This document shows positions 11,146 through 21,180 of a stretch of 64,000 nucleotides of DNA, one piece after another. The notes beneath the pieces are model-generated. The model searched no databases. It was not told where the DNA came from and saw only the letters and a list, made by a program, of their open reading frames with translations. The translations under genes were made by a program, and so were the position numbers. The stretch is from positions 22,322,001 through 22,386,000 of the forward strand of contig CM052816.1 in NCBI GenBank assembly GCA_028534125.1, in the 5' to 3' direction. Origin of the DNA: Lama glama (Eukaryota). Position 1 is the first letter of the stretch, and the number at the start of each line of letters is the position of its first letter.

Positions 11146-13675
11146 TACCAGCCCCACAAATATCCATGGACTCCCTCTATACATTAGGTCTAAAACCTAC
11201 ACAAAGCTGAATATACAAAAAATTCATTTCTGCTTTATTGAGCAAAAAGTGAAAGTGGATTAAGTCAAATGAAACAAAATGGTAAGCTACAAAACGGAAA
11301 CAGTGTTCATCAGTCATTTTCAAACACACCTAAAGTTAACATGGACTCACCTAATCTTTTAAAGAAAAAGAGGGACTTTTATTTTACTATAATCTATTTT
11401 GACTAAAAGGTTTGCAGGTATTTTATGGTGTCATAATAAAGATAACTCATTACCAAGTTTTTTGGCTTTCAGTTCAGAAACTCCCTTTGGATGGGGTCCC
11501 AGAGCAGTTTCAGCTAAGTCTTGCTCTGTTTGTTATTTGTTAGTGTTACAGAAAGGCTCAGGTATGCTTACGCTTTGAACTGAGGTAGCAGAATGTATAA
11601 AGTTAATTATTAATAAGCTAAATTCCAAGTTTTTCCAGCTACTGTGAACAAAACCAGAATAAATGCCCTCACCTAACTATTAAGTACTAAGAATAAGCAT
11701 GTATTTCTTTCAGTTCCTCTCAAGAATGCACAGGGAACCCATAACATTCTCTCTCTGAGACAGATCTAAAGCGTTACTAACATTTAACATTCAATAAAAT
11801 GTTCAAATATTACTTTTATGGGAACTGAGATTAACAACATTGTAACAGATGAAAACCAACATTCATTTGCAATTTTGAGAATAACCTTATGAATCTTATC
11901 CAAAATATCCCAGACTCATTCTAAAGGATATGAGAAACCTAAATACTTTCATGAGAGAGAGAACTGAGACATAAAAACATAACAGCAACTTATCCTACAG
12001 AAAAAAATGTAAGAAATTAATTTAAAGCATTTTACAAACATTAATTGATAGCCTCTCACAATCTCTACAGACAATATGGGCACAGCTACAATATTCCAAG
12101 TCAGTAACATTCTTAATCCATTTTTTTAAATTACACCTGATAAAGGACACATTTTCTAAACCATTCTCAAGGTCTTACAACAACAACAAAGGCACCCCCG
12201 CCCACAACACACACGCATACCCTGATGAAGAAAGCATCAACACATTTCAAACATTCCAACAATTATAAAATGGAACGACCCTCGAATTGATTTAGCCTCA
12301 GAACAGTAGGAAACATTATTATTCCTACCTTGGAATAACCTTGAAAACACGTAATTTTTTTCTTAAGGTAAAAAAGATAATCATTATGGGTACTAATTTC
12401 CCGGGGAAATTATTTTAACATGTCTCGATGCTATCGACTGTCAAGAACTCTGATAAAGTTCTTACCCAAATAAAGCACGCTAATCATTTCTTATTCGGCT
12501 TATCACAGCTTGCTCACCTTATTCTCATCACTAGTATCACCTCCTATTAGCTTTCTCACCAACACCAGACTATCAGGAGTACACTGTCAAGTAACTCTTC
12601 CTACAAGAAATACACACTTAAAAGAAAAACTATCACAATTCTCTACTAAAATTTAAGGACTTATTTTCCTTATTATTCGCAGGAACAACCATAAAAAACT
12701 ATTAGCCAGTAAGTCTAAAAACTTGTAAGTTCTATTTGAATGTACACATTATCGTCCACAATGTATAAGGTGTCAACAAGTCAAAAGGGATCCCCTAAAT
12801 TCAAAAGCTATCTGTAAAAACAATTATTAATCTACGTTATTTTGCAGTGATCAAGACTGACTTTAGAGCACATTAATTTGGACCTCTGAGGAAGCTAAAT
12901 AAAATACTTTTTTATCATATGTAAATAAGATAAAAATAAACAGAACTTTAGGTTCAGAATTAATAAATGCAACATATTCTCTTTTTAGTAAGCAGTTTTA
13001 TCACAGCTAGAGGGAAAGTTCAGATATGGAACCACAAATTATTACTAATAGTCCTTCATTTTTCAGTACTATCAAGTCAATACTATATTTGTTACATGGT
13101 GAAAAGGTCAAAATAAAATTTCTGAAAAGGTGCTTTATTTAAAAATATTTCTTACAGAAAAGGAATCCACTATTTGTCCTTGGAGATATTTAAAAACAGA
13201 AAATGTTATATAGCAAAGATTATTTACAGAAAACAGAATCAGAAGTACATTACTTTTCAATAAATACACTGTACCATAACATCTAATATGGGAGAGGGAG
13301 AGAATAAAATACTAGTTTATTAAACCTCTTCTTCCTTTCATTTAAAAATATAAAATTTACTAAACTGGCAATATGAAAATGTAACACAATAATCTTAGCC
13401 CTATAAAGTTACTTATTAACCTTTAAATAGACTGGTATGGACCTACACTTCCTGCAGTTCATCTGCCATTTTTCCCAACTATAAGTAGGCACTAGGGGTG
13501 TAAGACAGTCCCCCTTTGCAACACCGATTATGAGGAAAGAACTTCAAGTTCAGGTTAAGAAACGAGTAATTGGAGGTTTTTGTGTGCCCCTAGGAAATCA
13601 GCACCCAACACAGGTGCCAGCACGTAATAGGTGCTTAATGAGTATCTGTCCAGCAAATGGTGAGATGTAATTACC

Positions 13676-13754
13676 TTAGTGCAACATTAGTTTTCTTTTT
13701 TTCCTTAAAGGTCTCCCTTGCTCAAAAAAGCAACTCAAGACCATGTCACAGTCC
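13676..13754 (+). repeat. Copy 1 of ~80 bp direct repeat flanking the CpG island
   Basis: ttagtgcaacattagttttctttttttccttaaaggtctcccttgctcaaaaaagcaactcaagaccatgtcacagtcc aligns with 15764-15843. Confidence 0.9.
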
Positions 13755-14960
13755 TTCAAAAGCATATAAACTTCTTTATTCATAATGAAATAGAAAGCTG
13801 GGTCTCAAAAGAACGAAATGCAACATAAGCAAATCTTTATCTTCTCCATTTTTTCTAAAGAAAACTAGATCAATAAGGCTTATTTTTAAGAAACATCAAA
13901 ATGTCTACCAACTTTCCTCAAAATGAAAAATCCCACACTTCAAACCTATCTTCTATTTTCCTAATATTGAAAATAATAATAATTATTCAACAGTATGTTT
14001 ATGTTGGGTAAAAAAAGCAAGCATATAAACAAAAACTATGTGTTTGCCCATTTTTTCCTTATTTTGACTCAAGGTACGTGCCTAAATTTTACACGATGTT
14101 AAATCAGTTTTGTCTGATGTGTCAAGATTCATTCATTTATTATTTTATTGAGCATCTACTATGTTAGGCCCTTTAACAAAACGTTAATGGTATAAACTGT
14201 ACATCAGCACCAAATTCCCCTACAAAAGCTTCTCTCTTAAAATAGTAACAGTTGAAGAGGAATCTCGATGTTGTTTCACGTGCACGTTAAGTCAGTCCAA
14301 CAGGGCTCCTTTTCAGCTATTAATGCGGCATCAACGAGCCGCTACCTACCACACCTGTAACCAAAAATCACAAGTAGCCAGCAAGCTCTAGGTAAAAACA
14401 ACCTGTAAGAGTAGCACTAGCTCCTCCGAGAAGGTGGTCAGGGCTTTCTCTCCGGGGCCCAGAAAGAACCGCGGAGAGACACGCGGGCGGAACAAGCCGG
14501 GCGCCCCAGTTAGGAGTCCGGACTCCGGAGCCAGAGGTCCCCGCCCCTCCAAAACTCTCACCTGGAGGACCCGGGGCCTCTCCGCCCGCCCCTCGCGCCA
14601 CCCTCCAGACTTTCAGACCTGCAAAGTGGGGGGGAGGGGGACCTCATTTCCATTTTCCATTAGGGGGACGGCTGGCTTCCTCATCGTCCGCCGGTCGTGA
14701 ATCTGGAACAGAGCATGTAACCATTTCCCAGAGGGAATGGAATAAAAATCAAAGGCAGGGTCCGCAGAAGGACCTCGCCCAGACCTGAAAATGGAGCCGC
14801 AGGCACAGCCCACAGCCCGCAACGCGCGGCGGGTAGGGCCGGGCCGCACTGGCCCCGGAGCTCTAGGCGGCGGGGGTTCGGGACTTCGGGCCCCCGCCCA
14901 AGGGGCGGCGAGGGCGAGGTGCGGGGCCTGACGCGTGACCCGGGCCAGAGCTGCACTCAC

Positions 14961-15170
14961 CGTCGCCTTTGTCTCGGCCGCCCGTTCCAGCCGCAGCCGC
15001 TCTCGGCGCCGGCTCCCCGGCTCCTGTCGCCCCCACGCCCGCAGCTGCGCTCCCCGGCTCGCTCGCCGCTTCCTGGCCCCTCCCTCCACGCCCAGGCTCG
15101 CGCGCAGGCGGGGCGAGAGGCGGCGCGCGCCCTGAGAGCGGCGGGAGGACCGCACCGCCGCACAGCTGCC
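14961..15170 (-). other. Non-coding first exon (5'UTR) of an unidentified minus-strand gene; TSS end approximate
   Basis: Minus strand reads ...GAGACAAAGGCGACG|GTGAGTGCAG, a consensus 5' splice site (GT at 14960-14959), inside the CpG island and just downstream of GC boxes. No ATG on the minus strand in 14961-15240. Sequence to the left looks A/C-rich on + by eye, as expected for an intron transcribed on the minus strand. Confidence 0.75.
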
Positions 15171-15180
15171 GCCGCGCCGG

Positions 15181-15201
15181 CCCCGCCCCCTGCCCCGCCC
15201 C
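15181..15201 (-). promoter_or_regulatory. Tandem GC boxes (SP/KLF) forming a canonical G-quadruplex motif
   Basis: + strand ccccgccccctgccccgcccc = minus GGGGCGGGGCAGGGGGCGGGG: four G-runs of at least 4 with loops of 1-2 nt. Confidence 0.8.
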
Positions 15202-15763
15202 TCCGCGCCGCGCACCGCCTACGAGCTCTGCGGGCTAGAAGACCCTTTCGAGCCGTGGGCCGAGAGCCCAGGCTGGAGCCCGCGCGGGAAAGGACGCGCC
15301 GGAAGATGGCGACCAGGGCTGGGTGGGAGCGTGCGGGAGCCCCTCCCCGCTCTTGGGCGGGCGGCTGGCAGCTGCGGCTCGCGCCCCCTCCCAGGACGGC
15401 GCGAGGGGCGGCGCCTGCGCTGGAAGTGGGGACGCTCCCAGTCTGGCGAGGGTCGTTGCTGAGCCGTCGGACTAGTTGTCTCTCAGTTGGGAGCAGTTGA
15501 GAGATATATGCCCTAAAATCACTGAACCAGTGATGGAAATGTCAGAATTGTTCAATCTGGCTGCAGGCCGAGAACATTCACCTGGCATTTGAATTGTGTG
15601 AAATTACTTGTCTACTGTATCTCTGAGACTCCTTCCGCTGCGTATTTTACATACCCCAGAATCAGAAACACTTGAATGCTCTTGTCGAGCGGCCAACATT
15701 CCACCAGAACCTGTAATACTTGGAATATAATATAGTATGTCTTACCCATCTTGATTGATTATA

Positions 15764-15843
15764 TTAGTGCAAGATTAGTTTTCTTTTCCCTGAGTTAGAG
15801 TTCTACCTTGCTCAAAAAGCAACTCAAGATCATGCCACAGTCC
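15764..15843 (+). repeat. Copy 2 of ~80 bp direct repeat flanking the CpG island
   Basis: ttagtgcaagattagttttcttttccctgagttagagttctaccttgctcaaaaagcaactcaagatcatgccacagtcc aligns with 13676-13754. Confidence 0.9.
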
Positions 15844-16879
15844 AAGGTAGTCAGGTCAGAAACTCTGGAGTCATCCTTGGATCGTCTCATTCCCTCCTCT
15901 TCACCTCCAAAATGTCAAGCAAGCCTGTTGGTTGTAATCCTTCTTTGAATCACAAATGTAGTCATCTTGTGTGAATGCCTCAAGTAATAACATTTCCTAT
16001 CTTTATTCATAAAGGTTAATATTCATTATATAAACATTTTCAGATTTTTCATGTTTTGTTTATAACACATCATATATGTGATTCAATACCTTAATAATAT
16101 CTAATTTCGGTTGCTATAGCTATTCATACATCCCTCTTGTCAGTAGAAAAAAAGTCAATTAAGAATACAAGTCCATTCAATCAAAGGACACCTTTTGTAT
16201 AAAAGTCTGTGCATATAATTATTTGCTCAGTATTATACGTATAGCATAGTCTCTTTACATACTTAATTTATCCTTTATCATTTAAAACTATTTAAGGCTA
16301 CAGATGATACCTTACAAGTTGGATTATTTTTTTAGAAATTTCAATATGCTGCTTTTGTTTAAAAAAAATTGACAATGTATTTTATCAATGTCAAAATATG
16401 GTTTGTAATTACAATAATACCAAATAATAATTTTTCTGGAGTCACTATTATGATATGTCTGCACTGTCCTTAAAATTGTTCCCAAGTAAAAACTTATTCC
16501 AAAAAGAGTAAAAAAGAGACACTATTCATAATTCACCGATATACTGCTAAAATTAAATAACAGTTATAATACAAAAGAAACTGTCTTGCACACTTACCCA
16601 TAAAGAAGAAAATAATCGCAACAAAATTAACATGGTATATTTGTGCCACAACAAATGGGAACATTAACACCAAGGACAACAGCTAGCAATGTGCGGGTCT
16701 AACCAACTGCCTTCACTGCTCACGAGCTCACAGAACTGCCACAATGGCCTGATTATGCAATCTCTTAGGTAAATAAATTTTCCTTGAAAAATTTTACAGC
16801 AAATCGCTTTTTCCCTAGAAGTATACTATTTTTTTAACTACCTTCCAAAATTTGACACCAGCTATTTATCACATGTAGG

Positions 16880-17112
16880 GGACATGGAGTATAGAGACAG
16901 AGACTGGAGTTCAAACTAACGACTGATTACCTGGGTAACCCTGACGAAGGTTCTTAATCTTTCTAAACCTGTCTTTTCTTCTAATTTAATGGGACCATAG
17001 TATTACTTACCTCCATGTGTTGTTGGGAGAAACCAATGAGAGAACTCAAGCAAAATTCTTAGCCCTGGGCCTGGGGCATGCTCAGTGCTGGTAAACCCTA
17101 GCTATTATCATT
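16880..17112 (+). mobile_element. MIR SINE
   Basis: 'gactggagttcaaact', 'ttcttaatctttctaaacctg', 'tacttacctccatgtgttgttgggagaaaccaatgag', ending 'tagctattatcatt'. Confidence 0.7.
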
Positions 17113-17392
17113 ACACAAGCATATAATTAAGCTCATTGCCCTATATTTGTAATACTGAGAAAATGGCTCATAATAGGCCCTAAATGGGATTGTTTGAGTT
17201 CTGCATCAAGATAGTATTATGTGCAATTAAATCAACATTTTAAAAACAGCACTAACATTCCTTCTACTGCCACCATGTGCCAGGCACAGTTCTAGGCACC
17301 AAAGGAAGCTAAGAGACATAAGGCCCAGATCTAGAATACCTTTACAACTCAATGAAAAGAGACAGACAATTAGTAAACAACAGCTCTCTAAG

Positions 17393-17559
17393 TAGTATGA
17401 CTATACTTCCTGGTTTGTCAAGGACACCTCTTGTCCTGGCTTAACAGTTACTTGTGCCCTCTTTCATTCTTACTATGTTCAGGTTTGGATGAAATGTATC
17501 ATCCAAATTTATTATCCACATAAATTTATCATCCAAATAATTTAATGTGGTTGCTTCTA
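17393..17559. mobile_element. MER94-like hAT-Blackjack MITE with internal fold-back expansion
   Basis: 'tagtatgactatacttcctggtttgtcaaggaca...ttgtcctggc...ccctctttcattct...ggtttggatga...atgtggttgcttcta' follows the recalled MER94 consensus, with extra atcatccaaa-like repeats. Confidence 0.6.
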
Positions 17560-17579
17560 ACTAGAAGTATGTGTATATA

Positions 17580-17618
17580 CTTGGAAGGCAACTATGCTCA
17601 CCACTATACCACCAACGC
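17580..17618 (-). pseudogene. 5'-half tRNA-Gly(TCC) retropseudogene (tailless)
   Basis: Minus strand GCGTTGGTGGTATAGTGGTGAGCATAGTTGCCTTCCAAG matches the 5' part of mammalian tRNA-Gly-TCC from nucleotide 1 to just past the anticodon loop. No T-arm, B-box or A-tail. Confidence 0.9.
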
Positions 17619-19629
17619 TTGCTTAGGGTAGAGAAGGAACCATCACCTCTGCGTGAAGTTAAAGAGACTTAAATTGCTCCTTGGAAGGAACATCTAAATT
17701 GGCCAAGTGGACCAACAGAGGGAGGAAAGGCAGAAGGAAGATTTCATTTTTATATGCTGAGTCAAAACTACAAAGCTTTTCCGTACTTGTTAACAAACTT
17801 AGAAAATCCCCTTGACTAATATTATATTAATTAGTTTGGGGATTTCTTATTTTTTCCTGGAGATATAATAGGGACACTCCAAGACACAAACAATAAAACA
17901 TGTATTCATTTATTTGCGCAACAAATATCTAATGAGCATCTACTATCTATACATGGTCTGTCTTCAGTGTGACAGATAACAAAAAAAAAAAAAAGAGACA
18001 CAGACAATGTAAAATCTAGCAGCAAACACAAAATATCTTAGCTAATTAGTCAACAAGATAATGAGACACAGCACACAAAGTGGGATTTGGGGAGATTGAG
18101 AAAAATCAGGAAGCACATGGAACTTACTGAGAAAAAAGAAAATGACTTAGAGGAAGACCATAGTCCATGGCCCTTCTGCAACTGAAGCAGCCAAAGGTAG
18201 GAAAGGAACCTAAGTCAAATTTTGCTTGACACTTTAAGCCAAGGCTGACCCTTGCTGCTCATTAAACCACAAATATTCACTGAATGCCTACTGTTTGCCA
18301 GGTAGCATACCAAATGTTGTGGGAAAACCTCATATAAAGCATGGTCTTTGTCCCTAATGAAGTGTCACACAGCAACATTTGAATAATTAGACATGGTAAC
18401 CTTATGAATACAGTTGAGGTGATCACTAAGATCTGTATTGGTTTCTTGGAGAGGAATTTGAGGTGGGTCTCTGGGAAGAAGAAAGTCAAGTCTGTGTTTT
18501 CTGAACTATGGATTGCACACCTCTGGTGGTTAAGAGGGGTTGGGGTGGGTAGGAAGGAAGGGGAGAGGTACGTGCAGCTTGCCTAGCTTCAACACACAGC
18601 CTGTGACAGAACTGCACTGTAGCCTCTTAGTTCAAAACAAAACAAACAGAAAAAGAATTGGGAATTGTAATAAGAATGCCCCCGGGGACAACAAAAGCAG
18701 AAGCAGCCTTTTGCGAATCACTCTGCTACGTCAGGTTAGAGACCACCAGTGTCTAAGAATTTTTCTTTCTTTCTTTCTTTTTCTTTTTTTTTTTTTTACA
18801 GTTAACACCTATATATGGCAGGTAATTCTGACTTTCCACATATGATAGTGACGAAAGCTTCCTTTATACATGTGTTAAAGTTAAAAATACGAATTGGCTA
18901 AAAGAAATCTCTCAAGTAAACAACACTGGCAATAAAGAGGAAAGGGATATGGCACGTTAGGGAAGACAAAGCTTGGCGAGCAGAGGTTCAGTAACTGGCA
19001 CACACTACAGGTGTGTCCCCAGGGAGAACAAGAACCACAGCGGATCTTGAGCGGAATACTGGCAGTTTAGCATCCAAGAGCGAGAAGACAGAGTCCAAAT
19101 GGCAGGCAACCAAGAGCCAGTGAAGTCGGCCACAGGCAGGGAGGGGGCTTCTCCCTGCACTTTGAGGAAGCTGCTTGGCCCAGAGGAACCAGCAGAACTG
19201 GCCCCAGTGGCCTGTCAGGAAGCCTTTCAGCAGGTACCCGTGAGATTTCCACCTCCACGGTTTACCAGGGCTGCAGCAAAATGGAACACGGACACTCCAA
19301 CTTACCTCGAAGTGCCTGAACATTGCTGCCCTTTGAACCAGCGGGGCAGACATGTTGCACTTCCTCCTAGCATGGAGATCTACCTGCTGCTTTCACAAAG
19401 AAAGTTTATGATGAGTAAAATTTGAGGGTAAGGTTGAAAGAAAGGGAAGGTGGCAAGTCAGGATCCTTCACACCCCATTCTCCACCCCTCCTCCAGTGTT
19501 ACTGTCTGATCATGATTCAGCTCTTACTTTCGCCCCCATGACCAGCTGAGCTATGCAGCTGGACTCCGACAGCTTGCTTTCTGCCTCTGCCTCTGTGGTG
19601 GTGTACGTGCCCTATATAATCCCCACAAC

Positions 19630-20219
19630 TGTAGTAGGCAGCCTGTTGGCAGTGCACTGCCCACACCCTCCAATCTCCCATGCCCTAATCCCTGGAACGG
19701 TAAATGGGATGAGAGATCATTCCCACAATTGTGTTATGCCATCATTGACCTTAAAATAAGATTATCTGGGTGGGCCTGATCCCATTACATGAGCCCTCAC
19801 AAGCAGAGAGTTTTCCATGCTGGTGGCAGAAAGAGAAGTCAGAGAGAGACTGAAAACATGAAAAAGATTCAACTTGCCATTGCTGGCTTGCAGGTGAGAA
19901 ATGGGGCACCCAACAAAAAATACAGCCAGCTTCTAGAAGCAGAGTGGCCCCTAGCTGACAGCCAACAAGGAAACAGGTACCTAACTCTTATACCTACAAG
20001 GAACCGAATAATGTGCTTGGAAACAGATTTTTTTCCCCCTCGAGTCTCTAGATGAGAACTCAGACTTGCAGGCACCTTGATTTCAGCCATGTAATACTGT
20101 GAGCAGAGAATTTAGCAAAGTCATGCTGGACTTCTGACCTATAGATAATATAAGCTAATAAATGAATGTTGTTTTAAGCCACAGATGGTAATGTTACAGG
20201 GCAATAGAAAACTAACACA
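19630..20219 (+). mobile_element. MLT1D/E-type MaLR solo LTR
   Basis: Starts 'tgtagtaggcag'; contains 'gccctaatccctggaac', 'gattatctgggtgggcctgat', 'gctgacagccaacaaggaaacagg', 'ggacttctgacctatag'; ends 'gcaatagaaaactaacaca'. Confidence 0.85.
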
Positions 20220-20860
20220 ACCCTGTCACTGAATTAACCCTTCTCTAGACAGAACTCCAGCCTCAAGGGTGTATCTGAGTTTCCACTTGCTTGTCAATTC
20301 ACAGACAAATGGATCAATTCTCAGGAATTAGCAAATAAGCCTGGGTCATTTATGATTATGTGGTGAAGGGAATCATGGGAAAAGATTGGAATTCCTGATA
20401 ATTTGGCTTCTGAGGGACTGATGTTATTTTCATTTGGGTGAAAAAGGAAATACGACCTAATTTTGAACAAACAGGCTGGTGAGACCACAACTGTGAGTAC
20501 TATTAGAATTTCTGGTAGCTTAAGGGAAAGGAAGGCAGAGGAAAGGCAGTGCTCCCTAGTAAAAAGAGATTGATCTCTAGGGACGAGTGGATTTGAGTAT
20601 ATTTTGCAGATTACTAGCTGTCTGATCATGGACTTGTAGGAAATTTTCTTAATCTGCTGAGCCCCAGACTACTCCCCTTAAAACAGGAAAAGTAATAAGA
20701 TTTGGGGAGAATTAAATAAAATAGGTCACGTAAAGTCTCAGTGCCTGCAGCATAGTCAACTATTAATAGTTTATCTCTATTATTAGAGTGGAATTTTTTT
20801 TCACAACTTCTTTGCAATGTTTCTATTGTAAAAGTAATTAAATTATAGCATATATTAGAC

Positions 20861-21180
20861 CAATGCTCTCCTACAGAAATATAATACATGCTACACTTTA
20901 AATTTTAAATTTTCCAGTAACCACATTAAAAACAAGTAAAAGTAAATATAAAAAACTAACTTTAATAATCTATTTTATTTAACCTGATATGTAAAAATAC
21001 TATCATTGCAACATGCAATCAATATAAAAATATAATAATGATATATTTTGCTCTTCTTAAACCAGGCCTTCAAAGTTGAGATTATATTTCTTACACTTAC
21101 AGCACACCTCAATTCAGTACAGCCATGTTTCAAGTGCTCAGTAGTGATGTATAGCGTGACTGTAGTACTGCGTAGCTCAG
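20861..21180. mobile_element. MER33 (hAT-Charlie)
   Basis: 'aattttaaattttccagtaaccacattaaaaac', 'ttacacttacagcacacctcaattcag', 'agccatgtttcaagtgctcagtag'. Confidence 0.8.

Larger units (their letters stand above)
14420..15480. promoter_or_regulatory. CpG island promoter (TATA-less, probably bidirectional)
   Basis: Abrupt rise in GC and CpG content against an AT-rich background. GC boxes at 15181-15201, ETS CCGGAAG at 15299-15305, YY1 AAGATGGCG at 15303-15311, NRF1-like GCGCCTGCGC at 15411-15420. Confidence 0.95.

Noticed and set aside
12440..12720. A/C-rich stretch superficially like a mitochondrial insertion (NUMT)
   Set aside because: No recognisable mitochondrial gene or tRNA; the skew fits transcription-associated strand asymmetry of the minus-strand intron.
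14961..15170. Assigning a gene symbol to the minus-strand gene
   Set aside because: Only a non-coding exon is in the window and I cannot reliably recognise it; BLASTN against RefSeq mRNA would settle it.
14368..15500. Overlapping 60-200 aa ORFs in the CpG island as protein-coding genes
   Set aside because: Arg/Gly/Pro/Ala-rich, mostly non-ATG starts and present in several frames: the expected by-product of stop-codon depletion in GC-rich DNA.
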